A stretch of DNA of 64,000 nucleotides from Chloroflexota bacterium (GTDB lineage: Bacteria > Chloroflexota > Limnocylindria > Limnocylindrales > CSP1-4): the NCBI GenBank assembly GCA_003158675.1, contig PMKN01000014.1, positions 7,843 through 71,842 on the forward strand, in the 5' to 3' direction. The notes beneath the pieces are model-generated. The model worked only from the letters and a program-made list of their open reading frames with translations. It did no database searches and was not told the DNA's origin. Of the stretch, positions 52,456 to 63,000 are shown in pieces. Numbering within the stretch: the first letter of the stretch is position 1; every line of letters begins with the position of its first letter. The translations under genes were made by a program, and so were the position numbers.

Positions 52456-53466
52456 TCAGGCGCTGGCGCGGACGTTGGTCTTCTCCCTGAGTGGCACCAC
52501 CGGTACCGGAATGCGGTTGAGGACCGTCGTCAGCACGTCGTCGGCGGTCACGTTGTCGGAGAGTGCCTCGAACGACAAGACGAGCCGGTGGCGCATCACG
52601 TCGCGCGCCATGTCGACCACGTCCTGCGGTAGCGCGTAATCCCGGCCGCGGACAAAGGCAAGCGCCCGGGCGGTGAGGATGAGGTTGATCGAGGCACGGG
52701 GACTGGCTCCGTACGTCAGGTAGCGCTCCAGCTCCGGCATGCCGTGAGCTTTGGGTGCGCGCGTCGAAGTGGCGAGGCGGACGGCATAGTCCATGAGTGC
52801 CGGATCCACGAAGACGCGATCGGCCTGCTGCTGCAGCTCGATCAGGCTGCGCGTCGAGAGCACTTCCTGGACCGGTTCGAGCCGGCCCGTCATCCTCTCG
52901 ACGATCACGAACTCCTCTGTCGGACTTGGGTAGCCGACCAGGACCTTGAGCATGAAGCGATCGACCTGGGCTTCGGGCAGCGCGTAGGTACCTTCGGTCT
53001 CGATCGGATTCTGCGTTGCCAGAACGAGGAAGGGGTCCGGCACTTTGTGAGTCTCGCGGCCAATTGTGACCTGCCGCTCCTGCATCACTTCGAGGAGAGC
53101 GCTCTGGACCTTGGCCGGCGCTCGGTTGATCTCATCGGCCAGCAGCAGATTCGTGAACACCGGTCCCAGTGACGTGTTGAAGTCGCCGGTCTTCTGGTTG
53201 TAGATCCTGGTGCCGACCAGGTCCGCCGGAACGAGGTCGGGCGTGAACTGGACGCGCTTGAACTCGCCGCCGATCGCCTCCGCCAGGGTCTTGATGGCCA
53301 TCGTCTTGGCCAGTCCGGGCACGCCTTCGACGAGAAGGTGGCCGCGCGCGAGAAGCGCCACGGCGAGCCGTTCCAGGAGGTGATCCTGGCCCACGATGAC
53401 CTTCTTGACCTCGTACAGGAGGCGCTCCATGGGCGCTTCGTTTGCGATGTCGGATAGGGCGGTCAT
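52456..53466 (-). CDS. MoxR-family AAA+ ATPase
   Basis: VIVGQDHLLERLAVALLARGHLLVEGVPGLAKT (Walker A), LLADEINRAPAKVQSALLEVMQE (Walker B and sensor) and QNPIETEGTYALPEAQ. Confidence 0.93.
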   Translation of the reverse strand: MTALSDIANEAPMERLLYEVKKVIVGQDHLLERLAVALLARGHLLVEGVPGLAKTMAIKTLAEAIGGEFKRVQFTPDLVPADLVGTRIYNQKTGDFNTSLGPVFTNLLLADEINRAPAKVQSALLEVMQERQVTIGRETHKVPDPFLVLATQNPIETEGTYALPEAQVDRFMLKVLVGYPSPTEEFVIVERMTGRLEPVQEVLSTRSLIELQQQADRVFVDPALMDYAVRLATSTRAPKAHGMPELERYLTYGASPRASINLILTARALAFVRGRDYALPQDVVDMARDVMRHRLVLSFEALSDNVTADDVLTTVLNRIPVPVVPLREKTNVRASA

Positions 53467-53511
53467 GTGTCGTCTTCTCCTGGGCGTTTGGGTTTGGATC
53501 GGCCTGCCGGT

Positions 53512-54468
53512 TCAGTCCGGTGGCAGCCCGGCGGCTCCACCGGCAACGTCGATCGGCACGGCCAGCCCGATGCCGATGAAGACGCCTTGGTCGGTGGGAT
53601 TGATAAGTGCAGAAACGATCCCGATCACCTGGCCGCTGCGGTTCACCAGCGGCCCGCCGGAGCTCCCCGGGTTGACCGCGGCGTCGATCTGGATCAGGCC
53701 CTTGACAAGGGGGCCGTTGTCGGGGAGCTGGAAGGAGCGATTCAAGCCGGAGACGATGCCGGAACTCATCGAGCCGCTCAAGCCAAAGGGGTTGCCGAGA
53801 ACGAAGGCTTCGCTGCCGACCTGCACGCTCCTGGGGTTGCCCAGCACGGCCGGTGTGAGCTGGGCGGGCTGATTGGTCGCCCGCAGCACGGCGATGTCGC
53901 TCTGAGGTTGCGAACTCTGGACCTTGGCCGGTGACGTCGTCCCGTCGGCGAACGTCACCTCGATGGAAGTTGCGTTGGCCACTGTGTGCCAGCAGGTGAG
54001 GATATCGCCGTCGCTGTTTACAACCACACCGCTGGCGAGATTGCCGTCTCCCACGCTCGAGGACGCTGGCACGCCCGAAGGCGGCGGGCCGCTCGGCGTT
54101 GCGCCGGCGCCCGCCGTTGCGCCTGCGCTTGGACCCTGAGTCCGCACCTGCACGAGCGAAGGCTCGACGGCCTGATAGATCCGTTGGGCGACGGCCGGCG
54201 CGGGAGTGACCGACGCCTGTGCCTGGGCGATGCTGCGGGCCACGTCCTGCTGAGTCAGCGGTTTCGGGCCGGGATTGATGGCCCCGTACAACTGGAGCGC
54301 GACGAGGAGTGCCAGGATCCCAGCCAGGAATGAGCCCGTCGGTCGGGCTCGGTCCTTGAACCGCGCGAACATCCGGATGCTCCGGCGTCCGCCGGCGCCG
54401 GGCCTGTCCTGCTGCGGTGTCATGTCCAGATCGATCTCCGGTCCGTCTCGTCGCGGACGATTACTCAC
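53512..54468 (-). CDS. Membrane-anchored S1C trypsin-like serine protease (no PDZ)
   Basis: GTG start. One TM helix (FLAGILALLVALQLYGAI). Catalytic blocks TCWHTV, DIAVLRA and GSSGGPLV. Confidence 0.85.
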   Translation of the reverse strand: MSNRPRRDGPEIDLDMTPQQDRPGAGGRRSIRMFARFKDRARPTGSFLAGILALLVALQLYGAINPGPKPLTQQDVARSIAQAQASVTPAPAVAQRIYQAVEPSLVQVRTQGPSAGATAGAGATPSGPPPSGVPASSSVGDGNLASGVVVNSDGDILTCWHTVANATSIEVTFADGTTSPAKVQSSQPQSDIAVLRATNQPAQLTPAVLGNPRSVQVGSEAFVLGNPFGLSGSMSSGIVSGLNRSFQLPDNGPLVKGLIQIDAAVNPGSSGGPLVNRSGQVIGIVSALINPTDQGVFIGIGLAVPIDVAGGAAGLPPD

Positions 54469-54663
54469 TCTGCTGCAGAGTCACTGGCAATGCTGAGAGC
54501 AACCTGAATCCCTGCAACCAGCGCAACGCCAGATCGCTGCCGCCAATCGCGGCCCTGGCGCAGTCCGCCCCGGTCGGAGCGAACGACTACGCTGACACCA
54601 AACGGCCGCGATCGAACCGTCGTGGAACCACCCTAGCGAACTGGGCCGACGTAGGAGGAAGCA

Positions 54664-55224
54664 GTGGGCCAGGAGAAGGACCGGATGATTCGGGGCGAAC
54701 TCTACTACGCCTTCGACCCTGAACTGGTCGCCGACCGCCTGCGGGCCTCTTTGCTGTGCGAGAGGTTCAACGCCACGAGCGCAACACAGGACGCGGAACG
54801 GCACGAGATTCTCAAAGAGCTTCTAGGGCACGTCGGCGAAGACGTCATCATCCTGCCGCCATTCCGATGCGACTACGGCTACCTGTTGAGCATCGGCAAG
54901 AGGTCGTTCATCAACTACAACGCCATCGTCCTCGACAGCGTGCCTGTGACGATCGGCGAACGCACCTGGATCGGGCCCGGCCTGCAGCTCTACACCGCCA
55001 CCCATCCGCTCGATGCGGCAACGCGGACCGCGGCGCGCCCGCTCGAGTCGGCCGAGCCGATCGCGATCGGCGACGACGTGTGGCTTGGCGGGGGCGTCAT
55101 CGTCCTGCCGGGCGTCACGATCGGAGACGCGGCTGTAATCGGTGCGGGCAGCGTTGTAACCCGTAACATTCCGCCGCGCGTTCTGGCCGTGGGCAATCCC
55201 TGCCGCGTGATTCGCCAGCTCTGA
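54664..55224 (+). CDS. maa: Maltose/galactoside O-acetyltransferase (hexapeptide-repeat)
   Basis: The GTG start has AGGAGGAAG upstream. MIRGELYYAFDPELV...ERF (Mac N-domain), a left-handed beta-helix (IGDDVWLGGGVIVLPGVTIGDAAVIGAGSVV) and GNPCRVIR. Confidence 0.85.
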   Translation: MGQEKDRMIRGELYYAFDPELVADRLRASLLCERFNATSATQDAERHEILKELLGHVGEDVIILPPFRCDYGYLLSIGKRSFINYNAIVLDSVPVTIGERTWIGPGLQLYTATHPLDAATRTAARPLESAEPIAIGDDVWLGGGVIVLPGVTIGDAAVIGAGSVVTRNIPPRVLAVGNPCRVIRQL

Positions 55225-55293
55225 CCGGGCGGCATGCCCCGCTCTGGGGGCATGGCGAACGTGGGCTAGAGCGTACCGCCGTTCTCCCGCGCG

Positions 55294-55973
55294 CTACCGC
55301 GCGGGCGCGGGTGCGATGGCAGCCTTCAGCAAGCGGTACGACGCGACGAGCAGACGGGCAACCTCGGGCCAGTAGGCCGCACCGCGTCCTGTCGGGCCGT
55401 CCGGATCGGCGGTTGCGCCGCGATCCCGGACCTCCGCGGCGAGGCCACGCAACCGGCCCGCCTCTGCGACCGCGGCCACGGGAACGCCGTACAGCACGGA
55501 GTACAGCTCGGCGATAACCGACCCAGCCGCTTCGCCGGCGGCGAGCCCGATCTCGCGGCGCACCGTCCACCAGCGTAGCTCCCGGCGCGCGACTTCTTCC
55601 GCATCCACGCCATCGGGGAGACCCAGCATTCGGTATCCTCGGACGATGTCGTGCAGGTAGGCGGCGTCGTCGCGTTTCGTGGCGTCGCGGGCGTCGCCCC
55701 AGCCGGTTCGCCCGAAGGGGCGGCCGCGCCATGAGCCAGCAGAGCCGCCGCGGCGACGGCGCGCGGCCAGGAGGCGCCGGCCTGCTCGCGGTTCGCGTGC
55801 ACAAGCAGGCCAAACAGCCGGGCCGGTTGGCGCCGGTAGTACGCCTTCCACATCTTCAACTCGAGAACGGCGAGGCGGTCCGGGTCGAAGTCCCGCCCCC
55901 AGGACACGTGGGTAGCGCTCACGTCCCGATTGTTGCCGACTGGAATAGGGATTCGCGACCCTTCGCCAAACAC
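55294..55973 (-). pseudogene. Frameshifted conserved hypothetical gene (or assembly error)
   Basis: The coding-like N-terminal half (MFGEGSRIPIPVGNNRDVSATHVSWGRDFDPDRLAVLELKMWKAYYRRQPARLFG...) is in the frame of track ORF 55326..55973. The coding-like C-terminal half (GWGDARDATKRDDAAYLHDIVRGYRMLGL...YWPEVARLLVASYRLL) is in the frame of track ORF 55294..56031. The switch is near 55710-55725. Confidence 0.55.
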
Positions 55974-56119
55974 GTCCCGTCAAGTGGTGTAGCTGGAGTC
56001 CAGACGTCACTGCCTGACGGCGGACTCGCATGGCAGGAAGCGGCCGGACTGGGTCCGCCGCTTCCTGACCGCTTTGGGATTGGAGTGAGTAGTTGGCGGC
56101 GGCCCCGGGGCGGCCAGCC

Positions 56120-57832
56120 TCAGTGCGAGTCGATCACATTGATCGTGGGGTCTCCCGGACCAACCGGCCAGTTGGTGCAGGTTGGGGCCGCGTTGTTCCA
56201 GGACCAGACTAGGAATCCCCCGACGCCGGCGTTGAGCATGGCCGTCAGTTTCGCCTCATACGCGGCGGCGCGGCTGGCGAGGGTGCCGCCCACGCTGGTG
56301 GCCTTGATGCCCGACTCGCCGACGAAGATCGGCTTGCCGAGAGCCTTGCAGGCCGCGATGTCGCTGACGAGATTGGCCGGGAGCGCCTGGGTCTCGTGGC
56401 CGTAGTCGTGGTATTCGCAGACGTCGATCGTGGAGATCGAGTTGATCTTCTGGTAGTCGGCGCCCTGGCTGCCGCACTGTCCGGCGCCCATGGTCCCGAG
56501 CGACACGAGGTGGTTGGGGTCGATCGACTTGATCAGGCCCGAGACGTCGGTCGCCCAGTTGTAGAGGTCGGCCGTGGGCGCGCACGAGGATGAGCTGCTC
56601 GTCTTGATCTCGGCCTCGTTCATGAGCTGCCACATCGCGATCGTCGGATCGTCCTTGTAACGAGAGACGACCTCCTGGACCCACTGCCGATATGCGACGG
56701 TGTTGCCGGCCAGGATGTCCGTCTTGTACCCACCCGTGTACCAGGCATCGGTCTTGTAGACGCTAGTGGGGCTCTCGCACGACCCCCACTGGTTGGCAAG
56801 GGTGACGACCACACGGACGCCGTGGGCCTTTGCCACTGCCAGAGTGTGATCGAAGGCGCTCCAGTCGCGCTGGCCGTTGGTGGTCGCCAGACGCTGGAAG
56901 AACCAGGCCCGGAAGACCTCGGATCCGGGCCCGATGTCTGTCAACGCAGTGTCGAGTGCGCTGCCGGAGCCCATCGTGTACGAGCAGTTCGAGCGGCTGT
57001 TGGCCTGGTAGATGTTGAAGCCAGTGAAGGTGAAGGGCTGGCCCGCGAGCGTGAACTGGCTGCCGGATCGGCCCAAGAAGCCGGCGGGGGCGGGCGTCGG
57101 GGCTGCCGTCGGCGCGGGCGTGGCCGTCGGAGCGGCCGTCGGCGCGGGCGTGGCCGTCGGCTTGGCCGTCGGTGCGGGAGTCGGGGCTGCAGTCGGAGCG
57201 GCCGTCGGAGCGGCCGTCGGAGCGGCCGTCGGTGCGGGGGTCGGGGCTCCCGTCGGAGCCGGCGTCGGGGCTGCCGTCGGCTTAGCCGAGGGTGATGCCG
57301 TCGGCTTGGCCGTCGGAGCGGGCGTCGGCTTGGCGCTGGGCGTCGGCTTGGCCGTGGCCGTTGGAGCGGGCGTCGGCGTGGCGTCTCCGTCTCCGTCGCC
57401 GACTGAGAATCTGGCGCTAACGGCGGTCGAACCGGACGACGTCTCGACCATGACGGTGATCGAGTGGGCGCCCCTAGCGACCTTGCTCGTATCCCACGGC
57501 TTGGCAGTGCCATTGTCCGCGGTTCCGGCGAAATCGACCGGCGCGGAGCCCTCCACGTGCGTTGCGGGCCCGGTCATGGCGGTGTTGTCGAGCCAGAAGC
57601 TGGCCTTGTTCACGCCGTCGGTGGGCGAAAGGAAGATGTAGGAGTTGCCGGACAACGTGGCCCCGGACAATGCGACCGCAGCGCTCCGATTGGAGGAACG
57701 GGAAGCCATGAGGGCATAGGGCGAGTTGGTCGCCGCGTTGGCGACCACCGAAATCTGCAGAGCGGCGACGGCACCGATCAGCAGGACCAGGCGCGGCCAG
57801 TGACGGAGCGGCGACAAAGAGGTTGCAGTCAT
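56120..57832 (-). CDS. Secreted GH5 glycoside hydrolase (beta-mannanase-like) with N-terminal Ig-like domain and a Pro/Thr/Ala linker of about 100 aa
   Basis: Track ORF 56120..58039 trimmed to ATG 57832 (GGAGA upstream; signal peptide [19 protein letters not shown]). GH5 blocks [14 protein letters not shown] (acid/base Glu) and FVGESG (nucleophile Glu). Confidence 0.85.
   Translation of the reverse strand: MTATSLSPLRHWPRLVLLIGAVAALQISVVANAATNSPYALMASRSSNRSAAVALSGATLSGNSYIFLSPTDGVNKASFWLDNTAMTGPATHVEGSAPVDFAGTADNGTAKPWDTSKVARGAHSITVMVETSSGSTAVSARFSVGDGDGDATPTPAPTATAKPTPSAKPTPAPTAKPTASPSAKPTAAPTPAPTGAPTPAPTAAPTAAPTAAPTAAPTPAPTAKPTATPAPTAAPTATPAPTAAPTPAPAGFLGRSGSQFTLAGQPFTFTGFNIYQANSRSNCSYTMGSGSALDTALTDIGPGSEVFRAWFFQRLATTNGQRDWSAFDHTLAVAKAHGVRVVVTLANQWGSCESPTSVYKTDAWYTGGYKTDILAGNTVAYRQWVQEVVSRYKDDPTIAMWQLMNEAEIKTSSSSSCAPTADLYNWATDVSGLIKSIDPNHLVSLGTMGAGQCGSQGADYQKINSISTIDVCEYHDYGHETQALPANLVSDIAACKALGKPIFVGESGIKATSVGGTLASRAAAYEAKLTAMLNAGVGGFLVWSWNNAAPTCTNWPVGPGDPTINVIDSH
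57100..57400 (-). repeat. Low-complexity coding repeat (Pro/Thr/Ala linker) including a 12-bp tandem unit
   Basis: GTCGGAGCGGCC occurs three times back to back at 57192-57227, flanked by related GTCGG(N)GC(N)G units. It encodes (AAPT)n/(APTP)n. Confidence 0.8.
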
Positions 57833-58306
57833 GACGGTCTCCGAACTGCCTGAGGCGGTCTGGGCGTGTGTGGGCCCATTGATGACGGCGGGGGTGTTGC
57901 GGTCGATTGTGACTGGCGAAGGCCGCCGCCGGCCATGGCCTAATGGGGCCCGCCCACGGTCGCCCGAATGTCCCCACCTCGCGACGCGTGGCCAGGTCCA
58001 GATGGGTAGGTGCCATTGCCTACCCTGCGCCCCGGCCAACCCGGGTCCGTTAGCTCCCGGCGGGAACGTCTTGATCCGCCGGTCGGCCCGGTCGTCTCAT
58101 GGGTCGAGCCCTCGATTGACTCACCTTTGGGCCTACTGGACCCTGCCTGGGACACGGACGGGTTCTGGTTGCTGCCCCAGCTGGCCCGATCGACTCAGCC
58201 GTCTCCGTGCGGCGCTGCAAGTTCCTCGATCGGTGGATTCCATGCCAAACCGAACCTACCCGTCCTTCCTATGCATACCTGCGCCAGCATCTGAGCGAGA
58301 CCGGGC

Positions 58307-60016
58307 GTGAGCGCCGGCGCTGCGATTCCCGTAGGAGAGCGCGACCGAGCCGCGTCATCAAGCTCACTGGCCCTGACTCTGCGCCGCCCCGGCGAGCGGT
58401 TTCTCGTGACGAGTCTGGCCTGGGTCGCGTACATGGCCGCTGCGGTGCTCATCGTTTTGGTGGCGCACAGCATCATCGGTGACGCCTGGAGCCGCGTCGC
58501 CAACGCCTATTACGTTCTCTACAGCCGCGATCCTCACCTGGCCGCGATCGGCTTCGTCTGGAATCCACTGCCGTCGCTGGCCGTAATTCCCTTGCTCCCC
58601 TTCAAAGCCGTCTGGCCGGACATGGTCGCGACGGGGTTTGCCGGGAGCATATTCACGGCACTGTGCATGGCCGGCGCCGTCTGGCAGGTCCACGGCATCG
58701 CCACGGACTGGCAGGTGAGGCGATCGGGACGGCTGCTCGTCACGCTTCTGTTCGCCTTCAACCCGATGATCGTGTACTACGCCGCCAATGGCATGAGCGA
58801 GGCGCCGTTCATGCTGGCGCTCCTGGCAGCGGTGCGATACCTCTCCAGGTGGGCGACGAGCCATCAGGTACTCCCGCTGTCCGTCGCTGGGCTGGCGATG
58901 GCGGCCGCATATCTGATCCGCTACGAGGCGGTCGTGGCCGCCGCTGGCGCCGTGGGGGTGGTCATCCTTCTGTCGGCACTACGCCGGTCCGGCGGCATGC
59001 GCGAGCGAGTGGGGGAAGGCATGGCCGATGCCGCCGTGTTCGCGGCGCCCTTCATCACCGTCTTCATCGCGTGGGCCGTGGCCAGCTGGTTGATCGTCGG
59101 CGATCCGTTCCAGCAGTTCACCTCTATCTACGGAGTCGTATCCCAGCTCACCGTCGCGCAATCCGGAGTGGCACAGGTCACCGGCCAGGGAACGTCCGGC
59201 GCCTACATGTGGGTCGTGCGCCAGATACTCGGCCTCGAGCCCGGGATCGTCCTGCTCGGTCTCTTCGGCCTGGCCGTGACGTTTCGCGGGCGGTTGGCGT
59301 TGACGATGCCCGCGGTCGCGATCCTGGGGGCGGTCGTCGCTTTCGCGATATTCGGGTTCCTCTCCGGCCGAACGCTTGGATGGCTGCGCTATTCGATCGC
59401 CGTGATCCCCCTGGCCTCGGTTCTAGCCCTGGCGGTTCTGGCGCCGAATCCGGACCGGTCGGCAACGCCTCGGCTCCGGTTCGCGCGCCTGGGCGCCGCC
59501 ACCGGTCCTGCAATGGGCCTGGCGGCCGTTGCCCTTCTGGCATTGGCCGTCCCCGTCGGGGCGATGACGATGCTCGATCTGCACCAGAACCCGGACTACG
59601 GCGGAGAGGCATTCCAGCTCCGACCGATCCTGTTTCCGAATGAGCCGATCGCCAGGATCTCACCGTTCGCCCAGTACGAGATCGGCCGGCAGGCCGCCAC
59701 ATACATCGACGGCTTGGGGCTGGGCAACGGCCAGGTCCTGGTCGACGGCGCGATGGGCTTCCCGATCATCCTCGAGTCCCGCAATCCCACTCAGTTCATC
59801 ACGACGTCCGATCGCGACTTCCAGGAGGCGCTTCTGGATCCGGTTTCATTCAAGGTCAAGTACCTCCTGGTGCCCGAGGACGTCGGCTACCAGAGCCTTG
59901 ATGCCATCAACCGCGCCTATCCCGGCATCTACGAGACGGGCGGCGGCGTAAGCCAGCTCGTCCAGCAGTTCTCGGCCGGTGGCAACAACTGGCGCTTGTA
60001 CCTGGTCGGGCAGTGA
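58307..60016 (+). CDS. GT-C fold polytopic membrane glycosyltransferase (ArnT/PMT-like)
   Basis: 569-aa track ORF. About 11-12 hydrophobic helices are followed by a soluble C-terminal domain of about 150 aa. The architecture and the loop-1 acidic residue (YSRDPH) are typical of lipid-linked-sugar transferases. The family call is from architecture, not from a strong motif. Confidence 0.65.
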   Translation: MSAGAAIPVGERDRAASSSSLALTLRRPGERFLVTSLAWVAYMAAAVLIVLVAHSIIGDAWSRVANAYYVLYSRDPHLAAIGFVWNPLPSLAVIPLLPFKAVWPDMVATGFAGSIFTALCMAGAVWQVHGIATDWQVRRSGRLLVTLLFAFNPMIVYYAANGMSEAPFMLALLAAVRYLSRWATSHQVLPLSVAGLAMAAAYLIRYEAVVAAAGAVGVVILLSALRRSGGMRERVGEGMADAAVFAAPFITVFIAWAVASWLIVGDPFQQFTSIYGVVSQLTVAQSGVAQVTGQGTSGAYMWVVRQILGLEPGIVLLGLFGLAVTFRGRLALTMPAVAILGAVVAFAIFGFLSGRTLGWLRYSIAVIPLASVLALAVLAPNPDRSATPRLRFARLGAATGPAMGLAAVALLALAVPVGAMTMLDLHQNPDYGGEAFQLRPILFPNEPIARISPFAQYEIGRQAATYIDGLGLGNGQVLVDGAMGFPIILESRNPTQFITTSDRDFQEALLDPVSFKVKYLLVPEDVGYQSLDAINRAYPGIYETGGGVSQLVQQFSAGGNNWRLYLVGQ

Positions 60017-60050
60017 ACCCGCAGGCCCTCAGACAAGGGAGGCTCTAGTC

Positions 60051-63000
60051 GTGAAGCGGACCAGCATCGTCGTCAGGCTCGCCGGCATGGCCGCGCTGCT
60101 CGCCGGCCTCACGTTTCCCGGCGCAATCGCGGCGCCTGCCCAGGTTGCCGCGGCAGCTCCCGCAACCGACTGGCCGATGTACCTCCACGACAGCCAGCTC
60201 ACCGCCGCCAGCTCCGAGACGATCCTGACTCCGGCGGCTGTCCCGACCCTCCGGCCGCTGTGGACCTACAAGACCGGCGGCATGATCGCCGCGTCGGCGA
60301 CCGTCGTGGGGGGCGTCGCCTACGTGGGATCGTGGGACGGCTTTGAATACGCCCTCAACGCCACCACCGGAGCCCTCATCTGGAAGACATCGCTTGGCAT
60401 AACCACGGCACCGGCCTGCTCGCCGCCGGCACTGGGAGTCTCGTCAGTTGCAGCGGTCGTGGGCGGCGTGGTGTACGTCGGGGGCGGCGACTCGAACTGG
60501 TATGCGCTCGACGCCGCCAGCGGTTCCGTGCTGTGGAGCGTTCCCACCGGCGACAACAGCGCCACTGGCGGGCACTATAACTGGTCGAGCCCGCTGATCG
60601 TAGGCAACTCGGCCTACATCGGCATCGCCAGCCTGGGCGACTGCCCGCTGGTCCAGGGCCAGCTCCTGCGCGTCGACCTGACGACCCACGCGGTCGTGGC
60701 TACGGTCAACTTCGTCCCCGCCGGGCAGGTGGGTGGCGGCATTTGGACCACACCCTCAATCGACCCCTCGACGAACACCGTCTACGTCACCACCGGGACC
60801 CGGAATATGGCCAGCCAGACCACGTCCGAGGCCATGGTCGCAGTCGATGCCACGACCCTCGCCATCAAGAGCTACTGGCAGATTCCCTTGAGCGCCGCCA
60901 ATGCGGACTCGGACTGGGGCAACTCGCCGATCCTCTTCAGCGATGGCAACGGCCGGGCGATGGTCGCCGGCGTCAACAAGAACGGCTTCCTGTATGCCTT
61001 CGACCGGACGAACCTCGCTCTCGGTCCGCTCTGGTCCGAGCAGGTCGCGGTGGGTGGCATCTGCCCGACGTGCGGCGACGCCAGCGTCGCGTCGATGGCC
61101 TTCGCCCAGGGCACCCTCTATGTCGGAGGGGGCAACACGACCATCAATGGCGTGGGCTACCAGGGAGCCGTACGAGCGGTCAATCCGACGACCGGAGCCG
61201 TACTCTGGGCTCGGGGCCTGGCCAGTCCAGTTATCCCGGCCCTGGCCTATGACAATGGCATGGTCTTCGCCGGCGTGGGGTCGCGCCTGGAGGTCCTGGA
61301 CGCCACAACCGGCGCCCGCCTCTTCAGCTACGCGACCGGCGGCGTCATCTACGCGCCGCCGTCGATCTCAGGCGGGGTCGTATACATCGGTTCCGGCGAC
61401 GGCAACGAGTACGCTTTTGCTGCCACCACCCCGATCACGCCCCCGGCCGACGGCAATTGCCCGAGCGGCTTCGTCTGCCAGGACATCGGCTCCGCGGCGC
61501 CCGCCGGCAGTGAGATAGTCACCTCCGGCTCGTGGGCCATCTCCTCCGGTGGAGCAGCAGTCGGCGGCACCTCGGACGCGCTGCGGCTGATGAGCCAGAC
61601 GGCGACGGGCGATCTCGCGGCTCAGGGCCGCGTCGCCGCCCAGGCCGCCGCCGGCGCCGGCACCGAGTCGGGCCTGATGGTTCGCCAGACCAACGACCCG
61701 GGCTCGCCGTTCTACGCCGTCAGCGTCGCCGGCGCCACGTCGGTCTCCGTGCAGTCCCGCACCGTCTTCGGGGGCGCCGTCAAGACCGTCAATCTCGCCG
61801 CGACGACCCTGCCGCTCTATCTCGAGATAGTGCGCACCGCCGACAGCTTCGCCGCAGCAACCTCGACCGACGGCGTCACCTACACCCTCGTTCCGGGCGG
61901 CACCGCCACCGTGGTGATGCCGGACGCGGTCATGGTCGGGCCTTTCGCAACATCGGGCACCAATGGAACGCTTACCACCTCGACGATCGACACCCTCACC
62001 GTCGGGGCTACCGGAGTTGCGCCGGTGCCCGCGGCATCGCCTTCGCCCTGCCCCTCGGGCTGGTCGTGCACCGACCTCGGTGACCCGTCGGCCGTGGGCA
62101 ATCAAACACTGACCTCTGGAACCTGGACGATCAGCGGCTCGGGCTCGGCTACCGGCAACAACATCTACACCGACCAGCTGCACTACATCTGGCAAGCCAT
62201 AGCGGGCGATGCCACGCTCTCCGCGCACATCGCCACTCAGGCCAACACGTCGGCCAGCGCTCAGGCGGGCCTCGCGTTCCGAGCCGACGCCACAACCGCC
62301 GGCGCGGTCTTCTACGGCGCCTACCTGACGCCGACGAAGGGCATCCAGATCGTCTACCGGACGACCACGGGGCTGCGGTCCACCCTGGTCATGACTGCGA
62401 CCGGCGCCGCCCCTGCCTACCTGCAAATCACCCGGTCCGGGAACACGTTCACCACCTTCACCTCGACCGACGGGGTCACCTGGTCGGTTCTGGTGGGCTC
62501 TAGTGTGACCTTCGGGTCGGGTGGCTCGATGACGGCCGGGCTGGTTGTCAACTCGAATACCGCCGCGCTCGGAACAGACACATTCGACACGGTCTCACTC
62601 ACCAACTCGGCGGCGCCACCGCCCAGTCTTTGCCCCACGGGCTGGACCTGCCAGGACATCGGCAACCCGACGCCCTCAACCGGATCCCAGTACGTGGTAG
62701 CTCCCAGCTGGTCGATAACGGCCGGCGGCAGCGACATCTGGGGCACCTATGACGGCTTCCGGCTCTTGAGCCAGTCTCTGGCAGCCGACGGGACGATGAG
62801 CGTCCGAGTCGACTCTCAGACGAACACGTCGACCTGGGCCAAGGCGGGCGTGATGATGCGCTTGACCAACGACCCTGGGTCGCCGTATTTCGCCGAGTTC
62901 ATGACGCCCGGCAACGGCATCGCCATCCAGTGGCGTACGACGCAGGGCGGCAGCTCGTCGCAGATCCTCGTCGCCGGCACGGTGCCGGCCTGGCTCGAGG

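Noticed and set aside
57831-58310. 159-aa plus-strand ORF filling the GH5/GT-C intergenic region
   Set aside because: It has no start context, a Cys/Pro/Arg/Gly-rich composition and no motif. It overlaps the GH5 start. I treat it as non-coding.
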